Shown piece after piece: positions 30,161 through 39,813 of a stretch of 51,214 nucleotides of DNA. Every line of letters begins with the position of its first letter. Within the stretch, counting starts at the first letter, position 1. Source of the stretch: an uncultured Pirellulaceae bacterium (GTDB taxonomy: Bacteria > Planctomycetota > Planctomycetia > Pirellulales > Pirellulaceae); assembly GCA_964595515.1 (NCBI GenBank), contig CAZQQR010000001.1, positions 18,883 through 70,096 of the forward strand. Direction: 5' to 3'. The notes under the pieces are model-generated. The model was not told where the DNA came from and did not search any database. It saw only the letters and a list, made by a program, of their open reading frames with translations. The translations under genes and the position numbers were made by a program.

Positions 30161-31291
30161 ATGAAAGCTCTCCGGTACGCCAAACGTTTGATCGGGTTCG
30201 ACTCGACCAGCCATCTTTCAAATCGCTTGATTTGCAAATACCTCGAAATGAAGTTGACGAAGCACGGTTTCGTGGTCGAGAAAGTCGAGTACGTTGATTC
30301 GCGGAAGGTGCGAAAAACGAATTTGGTTGCCAAGAAAGGCGGCGGCGTTGGAGGCCTGGCGTATTTCGGTCACTCTGATGTCGTGCCTGCGAAAAAGTGG
30401 TTTACCAAAAAATTTGGTCCGTTCGAACCAGCAATCGCGCGAGAACGGCTCTACGGGCGCGGGAGCTGCGACATGAAAGGCTCGATCGCTTGCATGTTGA
30501 CGGCCGCTCAACAGTTCTCGTGGGATGATCTAGTCGAGCCACTTTATTTTGTGATTACGGCAGACGAGGAAACCGGTTTTCACGGCGCTAAATGTGTCGT
30601 TGAGGAAAGCAAGCTTTATCGCGAGATGGTAGAGAACGCGACCAAAGCAATCATTGGGGAACCGACTTCGCTCGAAGTCGTACACGCGCACAAAGGTTCT
30701 GTAGAAATTGTTGCCACAGCCCGCGGCAAGGCAGCACATTCGAGTAGCCGAAAGGGAGTCAATTCAAATCTCGCGATGATTCCTTTTCTGGCTGACATGA
30801 AAGTCATCCACGACGAAGTTGAAACCAATGAGGCTTGGCAAAACGGCGTCTTTGATCCCCCGACGCTAAGTTGGAATATTTCAGTCAAAGACGACGCGCC
30901 GGCGTTAAACGTGACTGCTTCGAAAACGGTCTGTCAAATGTATCTTCGTCCGATGCCAGGGATCGATGTTTCGCCGCTTTTAAAACGAGTCAAAGAGTCT
31001 GCCGCAAAAAATAATATTGAGTTAGAGATCAATGAGATGGGCAATTCGATGTTCATTGATCCAGGGAAGGACTTTGTTCAAGAAGCGTTGGAACTTGCCC
31101 ACCGCCCCCGATCGAAAACGGTTTCTTTTGGTACCGACGGCGGAGTCTTTACAGAAATCGCTGACAAAATCGTGTTTGGCCCCGGTAGCATTGAGCAAGC
31201 TCACACCGTGAACGAGTGGATTGCTTTGGAACAGTTGTCGCGTGGAACTGAAATGTATGCCAAGATGATTCGGCATTGGTGCTGCAAGTAG
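30161..31291 (+). CDS. argE: M20 family metallohydrolase, acetylornithine deacetylase-like
   Basis: GHSDVVP, LYGRGSCDMKG, ADEETG, IGEPT, GKAAHSS, GPGSIEQAH; adjacent argA-like GNAT. Confidence 0.75.
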   Translation: MKALRYAKRLIGFDSTSHLSNRLICKYLEMKLTKHGFVVEKVEYVDSRKVRKTNLVAKKGGGVGGLAYFGHSDVVPAKKWFTKKFGPFEPAIARERLYGRGSCDMKGSIACMLTAAQQFSWDDLVEPLYFVITADEETGFHGAKCVVEESKLYREMVENATKAIIGEPTSLEVVHAHKGSVEIVATARGKAAHSSSRKGVNSNLAMIPFLADMKVIHDEVETNEAWQNGVFDPPTLSWNISVKDDAPALNVTASKTVCQMYLRPMPGIDVSPLLKRVKESAAKNNIELEINEMGNSMFIDPGKDFVQEALELAHRPRSKTVSFGTDGGVFTEIADKIVFGPGSIEQAHTVNEWIALEQLSRGTEMYAKMIRHWCCK

Positions 31292-31343
31292 TAGCGGCAG
31301 AATTTCAATTGCATTTTCAAGAACGCCAGTGATACGCAGAGTC

Positions 31344-31754
31344 ATGGAAGAACAACAATATACGATTGTTATCGGCAAACAGGAAAACCTGGCAGTCGTC
31401 CAAGCGTTTCTCGATCCCTTCATGGATGACGTTTCGTTGCTTAAGCGTACATCGTTGGAGCTGGAGCTATTGCTTCGTCATTCGTTTGTCGCGATGAGTG
31501 ACGGAAAAGTGATCGGATTTTGCGCGCTGGAAATCTACTCGAAAAAACTCGCGGAGATTCAGTGCCTAGCCGTTTCGGCTGATTTTCGCCGGCGCGGGTT
31601 GGGTGGAGAGCTTGTGAAGTGCTGTGTTGAGCGAGCCAGAGAAGAGAAAGTCAAAGAGTTGATGGCGATTTCTTCTTCGGACGACATGTTTAAGGCATGC
31701 GGGTTTGATTATTCGTTGCCGAATCAGAAACGAGCTTTTTTCATTGAACCGTAG
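31344..31754 (+). CDS. argA: GNAT N-acetyltransferase, short ArgA-like (N-acetylglutamate synthase)
   Basis: LLKRT, IGFCALEIY..LAEIQCLAV...RRRGLGGELV; follows argE. Confidence 0.6.
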   Translation: MEEQQYTIVIGKQENLAVVQAFLDPFMDDVSLLKRTSLELELLLRHSFVAMSDGKVIGFCALEIYSKKLAEIQCLAVSADFRRRGLGGELVKCCVERAREEKVKELMAISSSDDMFKACGFDYSLPNQKRAFFIEP

Positions 31755-31850
31755 TTGTGCTGCGTGTCGCAGTTGCCCTACGGTCAAAGTTCGCCACCTT
31801 TCCCGCGATTGTTGAATCTGAACGAGGTTGGCAGGGCCGGCGTGAGAACT

Positions 31851-31886
31851 GCCGGATTGGCGTCGCAGGCTCCTGATCCGGCCTAC
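31851..31886 (-). repeat. GTAG-type REP resembling the enterobacterial REP consensus
   Basis: GCCGGATTGGCGTCGCAGGCTCCTGATCCGGCCTAC: GCCGGAT/ATCCGGC stem plus CTAC end; a second ACCGTAG...CTACGGT hairpin lies at 31748-31784. Confidence 0.6.
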
Positions 31887-31964
31887 GTTTTTTCGGGGAC
31901 GTTTTTTTGATCGGTCTGCGCATCGGTCGAATCGTGGATGAGCAGCAGGTCAATGGAGCGAGAA

Positions 31965-33449
31965 TTATGGTTCGCGTACTGCTTTGTCCATATAACGAAG
32001 CAGTGGATACAAGAAATACTCCATCACTTTTCGCTTGCCCACTTTGATTTCTGTGGTGGCGGTCATCCCTGGCATCAAACGGAAATTTGAAGGCAGGTTT
32101 TCAAGCTCTTTGGTATCCAACAACTGAACGCGAGCTTTGTAGGTCGTCACGCCACTGTTGCCGCCACCGGGCAGTTTCTTCTCGAATGAGCCTTCGCTGA
32201 TTGCTCGAATAATTCCGTCCAGCGTGCCATGACGCTGATAAGGGAACGAAGCCAGTTTTACCCGAACGTCGCCGCCGTTCGGTAGTTCGCCAGTGGCTAG
32301 ATGCTCAGGAGTTACGGTTTCGATCAAAGCGATATCTTTGCCTTGAATTTCGACCTCTACTTCCATTGGGACGCCAACAGGAACTAAACGGAACAAAGGC
32401 TCCCCTGGTTGAGTCATCGAACCAACTGATTTGTCAGAGACTTCCAGAACCATAAACTCGTTGTACGGTAGATCGTCAGGCACTTTAAGTTCGACAAACT
32501 CGTTCGACTTGGTCGCCTTGTTAATTTCCTGTTGTAAGTTGTTAAAACTATCGTTGGCGGCCGCGTAGTCGGTCACGATTTGCGTACGCCATCCCGCAAC
32601 GTAGGCAGCTTTTTCGGCTTCTACGGTTTCAAGTGACTTTGTCAGTTCTTTCATTCTCGCGTCGGAGGCTTTTACTTCCATCCGGGCGTCACTGCTTTGG
32701 ATTTCACGGCTCAAGACATCGGTTGAAGACTTGCTTCCTCTTTCGGCCAAGTCGCGCGTTTGAATCTCGAACTTTCTCAATTTGGCGTACTTTTCGAGCT
32801 GCGCTTCGCGCTGGATTTTTAGATTTTCCATCTGAACCTCAAGCGTGCTTTTTTGAGATTCGAATTTGACTTGCTCAGCCAGATACTGCTTTTTTCGCTC
32901 GTTATACAATCCAACTTGGACCAACCAGTCCCGGTCTTCTTCGTGGCCATCGAAAGTAAATGGTTGTCCGTTTCGTTCGGCGGTTAGCCGGGCAAGAGAC
33001 GCCATTAGCGATTTCTTCTGACCTTGGAGAGCGGCCAGGTCGGCATCTGAAAACGTAGAATCGAGGGTCGCGATCACGAAACCCGCATGGACTCGATCGC
33101 CAAATTTGGCGTTTAATTCTTTAATGGGAGAAGTAAGTTTGGTGTCGATCACAACGTCAGTTTCGGTCGTTACCAGTATTCCTTCGGCGGTAACGATTTT
33201 ATCGACTTCAGCCCAGTTGGCCCAAAAAATGAACGCCGCAATCAAGGCAACCACGGTGTACAAAGTCCACCGCGCTCCGCCTGGAACGGATCGTTTTTCG
33301 ATTTCTACTGCATCGGGCTGAAACTCGGTCAGGATAGCGTCGTTGTTGGAGCGTTGACGGTGGGCTTCAATGCGAGCTTCCCGGCGACGTCGAAAACGAG
33401 TTTCCTTGACGGTTTCTTCTTTTACACCCGTCCCATTTGTTGGTGCCAT
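31965..33449 (-). CDS. hlyD: Type I secretion periplasmic adaptor (HlyD family)
   Basis: EFQPDAVEIE, single TM helix, long coiled coil, KLASFPYQRHGTLDG, LMPGMTATTEIKVGKRKVMEYFLYPL. Confidence 0.92.
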   Translation of the reverse strand: MAPTNGTGVKEETVKETRFRRRREARIEAHRQRSNNDAILTEFQPDAVEIEKRSVPGGARWTLYTVVALIAAFIFWANWAEVDKIVTAEGILVTTETDVVIDTKLTSPIKELNAKFGDRVHAGFVIATLDSTFSDADLAALQGQKKSLMASLARLTAERNGQPFTFDGHEEDRDWLVQVGLYNERKKQYLAEQVKFESQKSTLEVQMENLKIQREAQLEKYAKLRKFEIQTRDLAERGSKSSTDVLSREIQSSDARMEVKASDARMKELTKSLETVEAEKAAYVAGWRTQIVTDYAAANDSFNNLQQEINKATKSNEFVELKVPDDLPYNEFMVLEVSDKSVGSMTQPGEPLFRLVPVGVPMEVEVEIQGKDIALIETVTPEHLATGELPNGGDVRVKLASFPYQRHGTLDGIIRAISEGSFEKKLPGGGNSGVTTYKARVQLLDTKELENLPSNFRLMPGMTATTEIKVGKRKVMEYFLYPLLRYMDKAVREP

Positions 33450-35938
33450 AGGTCTTTATAAACTTTACTTTTCTGGAGTAATTGTTGGTGAGTTCCCATG
33501 GCATCGATTTCACCTCGTTCCAACACAATGATTGCATCGCAATCGGTCAGTGTCGAAAGTCGGTGAGAAACCATGAAGACGGTTCGTCCTTCGGCAATCT
33601 TTTTTAAGTTTCGTTGAATGATGGCTTCGCTCTCGGGATCCAAAGCACTGGTGGCTTCGTCAAAAATCAGAATTCGCGGATCCTTTAACAACGCTCTCGC
33701 GATTGCAAGTCGTTGTTTTTGGCCGCCCGAAAGATTGGAGCCGTTTTCCTCAAGCATCGTGTCGTACGACTGCGGCATGCGTTCGATAAACTCGGCTGCG
33801 CCAGCCATTCTGGCCATGTAAACGACCTCTGGAAACGTTGAGTTTGGCTTCGCCATTGCGATGTTTTCGCGAACGGTTCCGCGAAACAGAAAATTGTCCT
33901 GTAAAACGACGCCAATGTTTTGGCGAAGGTGAGCGATATCAAGCTCTCGCATATCAAGTTTGTCGATCCGGATAATCCCGGACTGCGGCTGGTGCATTCC
34001 CTGAAGCATTCTGGTCAACGTAGTTTTTCCTGAACCACTTCGGCCCACGATACCTACGATCTTGCCTTCGGGGACTTCGAATGAGACTCTGTCGAGCGCG
34101 GGCGGTGATGTCGGTGCGTAACTAAACGTCACGTTTTCGAATTCAAGATGCCCACGGACTTGGGGTCTCAGCCCTTGGCCGATACCTGCTTCTGCGTTGT
34201 GATTCATGACGGATCCGAGCATCCGAACCGACAGGGCACATTGTTGGTATGAATGAACCAGACCGACCAACTGGACGAGCGGGCCTGTGACGCGCCCGGA
34301 AATCATTTGGAAGGCAACCAGTTCACCGACTGAAATTTGTTTTCCGATTACCAGTGAAGCTCCATACCAGACGACGACAACGGTCAGCATCTTTTCAAGG
34401 AACTTGGAAATCGTGGTCGCGGTGATCGAGATTTTGCCAACGCGATATTGCATGGCTACTGATTTGGCAGATTTTTCGTCCCAAGCTTTCCTTTGGACCG
34501 GCTCCATACTGAGGGCTTTGACGGTTTGAATCCCGTGAATGGACTCAACCAGCATCGCTTGGCGATCGCCCTCGGCGTTGTAGAGTGCCTCCAATCGCCG
34601 TCGATAAGGCCCTAGCAAGACGCCAATGTTAATGGCGAGCGCGAGCGAGAACATCAGAACAACAATGGTCAGCGGGACGCTGTAGAACCAGAGAATCGGC
34701 AAGAAAATCAGCAAGGCGGTTGAATCGAGCATCGTCAGAAACAAACTACCAGTGAGGAATTCACGGATCTGATTCGTCTGTTGCATGTGTTTGGTTAAAA
34801 CACCAGCGGTTGTGTGTTCGAAATAGCTCATCGGCAGACGCAGCATGTGTCCAAATGTGCGCGTGGCTACTCGGATGTCGATTTTGCTTGTCGCGTGAAG
34901 AAGCAGGAAGCTTCGAAGGTAACCAAGAACTGCATCGAACATTAACGCGGCGCAAATGCCAATCGTCAAAACACGAAGTGTTTCCAGGGCCGAGTTCACG
35001 AGAACTTTGTCGATCACAATCTGAAAGAACAGAGGTACGACCAAAGCGATCAAGTGAATAAACAACGCTGCGACCGCCACATCGGTAAAGGCGGTTCTTT
35101 GTTTAAGAATTTCAGGGATGAACCATTTCAAGCTGAATGGCTGATTCATGTCCATCATTGAGAAAGTCTTTTTGGTGAGGATGGTCTCACCCTTCCAAGA
35201 TTTCTCAAACTGCTCCTGCTTTAGGTACATAAAGCCTTGGTTGTCGGCCATCGGGTCAAAGACGGCGATTTGTTCGGTCGGCGTGCCGTCTTCGTCTTCG
35301 ATTTTGCGAAGACCAACCATGATGACGTAGTTGCCGTTTTGAAGCCTGGCCATTGCAGGAAAGGCTTGATCCATTTTTCGCAGTTGTTTCCACGTTAAAC
35401 GAACATGTTTGGCTTTGAAGCCTGAGTCTTTCGCGATGCGTAGGACTCGCCGGAGCGTGGGTTCTTCGTTCTCGAGCGAATAATCGTGAATCAACCGGTC
35501 TGCGCTGACATCAAAGCCATGGTGCCTTGCGATCAGGCCAAGACACTTGAGCGCGGTGTGGTGGATTTTTGTTTCCTGGTCTGCCGGGTCTTCAGCTACG
35601 ACTGCTTCTTCTATTACGCCGTCGTTGGAATCCTCAAACGATTCGTTTTGGACAGACTCAGCGTCTTGGCCAGATTCAATGAATGGCTCTTCACTAGGTG
35701 ATTGATCACCATCTGTACGAGAGTTGTTCTCAGGCCGAATGATGGATGCAGGTGGGTATCCTACGATGCTCTCGATTACCTCGGATGATTCAGGGTTCTC
35801 TGAGACTTCAATTTCAGAATCAATCGGATCGTCAAACTGAGAATGATCAAATCCGTTATCTGAGTCGGACTCGCCCTCAGAATTGGGATCATAGTCCTCA
35901 AACGCGTCAGGAATATCGTTGTAGTTGGAGTCCGACAT
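33422..35938 (-). CDS. hlyB: Type I secretion ABC transporter (HlyB family) with C39-like domain and acidic N-terminal extension
   Basis: [51 protein letters not shown]; overlaps hlyD by 28 bp. Confidence 0.92.
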   Translation of the reverse strand: MSDSNYNDIPDAFEDYDPNSEGESDSDNGFDHSQFDDPIDSEIEVSENPESSEVIESIVGYPPASIIRPENNSRTDGDQSPSEEPFIESGQDAESVQNESFEDSNDGVIEEAVVAEDPADQETKIHHTALKCLGLIARHHGFDVSADRLIHDYSLENEEPTLRRVLRIAKDSGFKAKHVRLTWKQLRKMDQAFPAMARLQNGNYVIMVGLRKIEDEDGTPTEQIAVFDPMADNQGFMYLKQEQFEKSWKGETILTKKTFSMMDMNQPFSLKWFIPEILKQRTAFTDVAVAALFIHLIALVVPLFFQIVIDKVLVNSALETLRVLTIGICAALMFDAVLGYLRSFLLLHATSKIDIRVATRTFGHMLRLPMSYFEHTTAGVLTKHMQQTNQIREFLTGSLFLTMLDSTALLIFLPILWFYSVPLTIVVLMFSLALAINIGVLLGPYRRRLEALYNAEGDRQAMLVESIHGIQTVKALSMEPVQRKAWDEKSAKSVAMQYRVGKISITATTISKFLEKMLTVVVVWYGASLVIGKQISVGELVAFQMISGRVTGPLVQLVGLVHSYQQCALSVRMLGSVMNHNAEAGIGQGLRPQVRGHLEFENVTFSYAPTSPPALDRVSFEVPEGKIVGIVGRSGSGKTTLTRMLQGMHQPQSGIIRIDKLDMRELDIAHLRQNIGVVLQDNFLFRGTVRENIAMAKPNSTFPEVVYMARMAGAAEFIERMPQSYDTMLEENGSNLSGGQKQRLAIARALLKDPRILIFDEATSALDPESEAIIQRNLKKIAEGRTVFMVSHRLSTLTDCDAIIVLERGEIDAMGTHQQLLQKSKVYKDLWHQQMGRV

Positions 35939-36152
35939 TTTCTTTTGGGGATTTGAGGTAAAGCCAAAATGATTGACGTGTAAATCCGTCAATCAATTCG
36001 CATTCTTTCGTTGTGATACGCTGCGGCAAGTCAAACGGGTCGTCATTGGGCGCGCTGGCCTAGGCGAAAGTGTAGGTTGCACTTAGCCAGCCTCGTGAAT
36101 TCGACACCAAATGTTCGAGGAAGTTCCGTTTTTCACGTACCATGAATCGATT

Positions 36153-36183
36153 AAAAAACCCCTTTGGAAAACCAAAGGGGTTT
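36153..36183 (-). terminator. Intrinsic terminator between the T1SS cargo gene and hlyB
   Basis: Perfect 12-bp stem AAACCCCTTTGG / CCAAAGGGGTTT with an A6 tract on + (U tract on -). Confidence 0.85.
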
Positions 36184-36246
36184 GGGATTTTCAGTTGTTA
36201 GCGACTGTGCCAGTTTTAACGATTGTCAAACTGGGGTGTTAGTCTC

Positions 36247-39200
36247 TTAGACAGGTACGCCGAGGAACCCACCGTTTTCACCGACGTTGTCAGTGATCAT
36301 GTATCGAGTTGATACGTCGGTTGCGGTTGCCCAAATCGAAAGCAAGTCGAGTTGGTTTCCGACCTGTTGGCCGTTGCGATCGTGGATCGCAAGCAATTCA
36401 ACCTGGTTCTCAGGAGCGTTGAAGTTTTTGATCACGATTGAGCCTTGAGCCGCTTCTTGGTCGGTCGTTAGATCAATTCGAAGATCATTCCCAAGTCGCC
36501 GGAAGACCATATCGTCATCGAAAGCATTGGTAGAGCCTGTGGCATCAAACACAAGAATCGTGTCTGTTCCCGTATCAATGGTTGGGTCGACATTTACCAC
36601 ATCTCCTGCATCTGTGATCGAGTCACGACCATCTCCACGTGAGTAGACGTAGGTGTCGTTTCCGCTGCCACCACGAAGGAAGTCATTTCCGCCATTTCCG
36701 ATCAGGGTATCGTTTCCGTCGTTCCCAAAAATCAGGTTTGAAATCTCATTACCAGTGATTCGGTCATTGCCTTCGCCACCACGAGCATTCTCAAAAATGG
36801 TTTCGTAGGAAATTCTCAGTGACATATCGACACCGTTGATGGAAGAGAATGTTCCTTCTCTCAAGTCAATCGTTTCATCAGCAGTGTGATGCGTGTAGTT
36901 CAGGGTGTCGATTCCGCCCGAGTCAAAGATCGTTGTTTGGTGCGTTTCGTTGTTATCAACGAAATGCGGGTCACTACCTGTGATCAGATTTCCATAATGG
37001 TCGTTTCCGGTGCGATAGTCCGTTCGGACACCATACAGTCGTTGAAGTTCGACGATGTCGTACAGTGAAAATGTTGACTGCGTTTCCGGATGGCTCCCCA
37101 GCGGGTTATGAATGTTGTCATCCGTGTAAGACATTAGCGTGTTGTAGCTAAAGTCCATGAAGATCGACAATGGCTCCTGGCTTTCAAACGGATGATCCAG
37201 TCCCAAGGCGTGGCCGACTTCGTGGTAAGCTGTTGTCCGGAAACTTGAACCTAAACCAACGTCTCGTCCCAACACTGGATCGTCTGGGTTGTAGAAATCG
37301 TGGTCAAACCAGATGTCTCCAGATTTACTAAATTCACCGTCTTCCGTGTCACCATTAGGCAGATACGCCCAAGCAGCGATGCCTGCGGGGACAGCATTGG
37401 CACCACCAATAACGATGGTTGCTGTAGCCGGATCGTTTCCAGCCACTGGCGGAATTTCAACGAAATCGAGGTACGTGAAACGCTCAACAAAGTCAAAGAT
37501 TTCTCGCATTGTTTCACGCTGGGGCTGGCTCAACGGATTACTGTCCGGGCCATTTCCCATTTCGTCACATTCGATATCGTTGCTTGGTCCACAGATGTAG
37601 TAGTCAGGCATGATGATATGCCCACCATTGCCGTCGATAAACGTGTAGGTGATAACCGTATCTGCTGTTCCAGGTTCCACACCAGCGTTGAACCAACTGA
37701 AGCCCGTTGTCAAAGAATCTGCTCCGACTGGGTCTGTGTTAACATTAATTCGGTGCCACTCCGTCCAGCCTGTTACATCATTGGTCGCGCGAACCAAAAT
37801 TGGATCCAGCGATCGACCGAAATCAGATTCAGCCCCTTGAAACTCAAGACGGCTAAATTGTTCTGCAGTAAGTGTGTGAACAACGCCGCCCTGAAGCTGC
37901 TCGCCGTTGTTTCCGGCTCCAGCATCTCGAAGAAATAGTCGGCCAGAACGGTCTGCTTGACCTGGTGTGACGACTTCGTCGTAAACTTCGTATCGGGAAA
38001 GCGGCAAGCCGCCATCAGTCTGTGTGAACAGTGAACCAGCTGCAACGCTTTCGAGGTGGTCGAGAGAAACGTCGTTGTCGACGGTTACAATGGTTGGTGT
38101 CGGATTGGCAATCATGGTTGCCGATTCGATGGTGCTAAAGTTCGTTCCGTCAGTTGCCTGGTACCGAACGATCTCGCTACTGGCAGAAGTCGGGAAGTTG
38201 TAGCGAATTTTTTCGCGATCTTCGTAGGCTACTTCGTGCCATTGACCGGCCGGTAGTTCTGTTCCGTCGCGAGTAAAGAAGCCGCTTCCATCAGCGAGCC
38301 CCGTATCGTAGATGTTAATTTGCTCTAGCAAGTCACCATCGGCATCTGTCCAACTGAACAGCGTGGAAAACCGAATAGACGTCCCTAATCGAGCCGTTGC
38401 TGATAGTGCGGTCAATTCAGGAGCGAATTGGTTTTCTAGTGTGTCAAATCGAAATTCAGCGACGTCACTCCAAATTCCGTTGGCGAAAACCATCGCGCCG
38501 ATGTTTTCGAATTGAGGCCCAAACGCTGCGCCGCCGTACTCGATTTCGGACAGTTCTGAAGCTTGGAAGAAATGCCATTTAGCACTCTCAAGTCGTTCAC
38601 CGTTTCGGTAAAACGCACCACCCGTGCTATTAGAAAATCGGTCGACCAAACCAATGATTTCAATGTCCGCACCATCGGAATCGAAAAAGTTCAATACCGG
38701 ACTGGTTCCATCTGGATTAAGGCCCTGCTGGTTTCCGATTCCACCGGTTGACATGTTAAGGAAATGGCCAGCTTGAATTGAAATGTCCCGTCCAGATACT
38801 TCTGGCGGAACGACTGTTCGGATGACAAAATTCTCAATGTCACTGACTTGGAAACCATCCCAAACCTGGACACCTACTAGCTCGTCGACTGGTCCATCAG
38901 CAGCACCAACCCAGAACAGTTGGTCAATTTCGGCAGCGGTAACAACGAAGAAGTTCGCGGCCGCCTGCCGTTCGCCTTTGAACAACCAATATCCAGAATC
39001 ATCTTGGGCTGGATCAGTTGAATTGAAGAAGTAGTCATTGACGAAATAGAGGCCAATGGAATCTCCATCGGCATCGGTAGCATTAAAAAAGTCAGTTGCT
39101 GGTCGCATTTCGCCAGCCAGAATTGACTCATTGGTACCAAAGATCCGCGGTTCGTCCGTGGTCGTCATCAAGATTTCTTCGACCGGGCTCCAACTGTACC

Positions 39201-39813
39201 CGTCATAGACCATCATTCCGACAAGCTCAGACTGTGGCGCGGTTGGTGCTCCTTTGTAAGTCACAAACGGAAGCAGATTTGGTTGGACGTAAAAGAATGA
39301 TGCTTCCGCCTGCTCGACACCGTCGAGGATGAATACACCACCATCAACCGAACGGTCTACCAGGTAATAGCCCAGAGGGGCGTCACCGTCAGCATCAGAA
39401 TAAGTAAAGAACTGATCGATTCGGATTTCGGCCAGGGAAGCGACACGCCCGGGTTGTCCGACAAGTTCAGGAGTTTCGTTCCCGCTCGTGATTCGGCCCG
39501 TCTCAAAATTGCTCCAGAAAACGCCATCAAACACCCGGATCGAGTAAGTTTCTGATCCGAAGGTAGAATCTCCTCGATATGTGTGCGCTCCGATGAATCT
39601 CGCATCAATCGTGTGCCACACGAGTGGATCTAACGGGTTGTTCCCTTCAAGAATACTCCCGCCCAACAATCCGTTATCTCGGATTTGATAGGTCAAGACC
39701 TCGGAGTTCGGGTCTGGATCGATCACCGAAAATAGATCGGTAAGTGGACGACGTTCATTGAGTCCGACAACAGACTCAATGGTGAAAACGGTAGGAGGGG
39801 TGTTGTTTTCCAT
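36247..39813 (-). CDS. Large T1SS cargo: six tandem ~110-aa repeats, serralysin-like M10 Zn protease, RTX repeats
   Basis: No signal peptide; repeated F..xDADGD...G.F...G...W...DGxxWS units; HEVGHALGLDHP (aa ~864), TLMSY Met-turn, D.GGIDTLN, ENARGGEGND, GGSGNDTY. Confidence 0.9.
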   Translation of the reverse strand: MENNTPPTVFTIESVVGLNERRPLTDLFSVIDPDPNSEVLTYQIRDNGLLGGSILEGNNPLDPLVWHTIDARFIGAHTYRGDSTFGSETYSIRVFDGVFWSNFETGRITSGNETPELVGQPGRVASLAEIRIDQFFTYSDADGDAPLGYYLVDRSVDGGVFILDGVEQAEASFFYVQPNLLPFVTYKGAPTAPQSELVGMMVYDGYSWSPVEEILMTTTDEPRIFGTNESILAGEMRPATDFFNATDADGDSIGLYFVNDYFFNSTDPAQDDSGYWLFKGERQAAANFFVVTAAEIDQLFWVGAADGPVDELVGVQVWDGFQVSDIENFVIRTVVPPEVSGRDISIQAGHFLNMSTGGIGNQQGLNPDGTSPVLNFFDSDGADIEIIGLVDRFSNSTGGAFYRNGERLESAKWHFFQASELSEIEYGGAAFGPQFENIGAMVFANGIWSDVAEFRFDTLENQFAPELTALSATARLGTSIRFSTLFSWTDADGDLLEQINIYDTGLADGSGFFTRDGTELPAGQWHEVAYEDREKIRYNFPTSASSEIVRYQATDGTNFSTIESATMIANPTPTIVTVDNDVSLDHLESVAAGSLFTQTDGGLPLSRYEVYDEVVTPGQADRSGRLFLRDAGAGNNGEQLQGGVVHTLTAEQFSRLEFQGAESDFGRSLDPILVRATNDVTGWTEWHRINVNTDPVGADSLTTGFSWFNAGVEPGTADTVITYTFIDGNGGHIIMPDYYICGPSNDIECDEMGNGPDSNPLSQPQRETMREIFDFVERFTYLDFVEIPPVAGNDPATATIVIGGANAVPAGIAAWAYLPNGDTEDGEFSKSGDIWFDHDFYNPDDPVLGRDVGLGSSFRTTAYHEVGHALGLDHPFESQEPLSIFMDFSYNTLMSYTDDNIHNPLGSHPETQSTFSLYDIVELQRLYGVRTDYRTGNDHYGNLITGSDPHFVDNNETHQTTIFDSGGIDTLNYTHHTADETIDLREGTFSSINGVDMSLRISYETIFENARGGEGNDRITGNEISNLIFGNDGNDTLIGNGGNDFLRGGSGNDTYVYSRGDGRDSITDAGDVVNVDPTIDTGTDTILVFDATGSTNAFDDDMVFRRLGNDLRIDLTTDQEAAQGSIVIKNFNAPENQVELLAIHDRNGQQVGNQLDLLSIWATATDVSTRYMITDNVGENGGFLGVPV

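Noticed and set aside
37300-37938. 212-aa + strand ORF
   Set aside because: Lies entirely antisense to the T1SS cargo gene; no motifs
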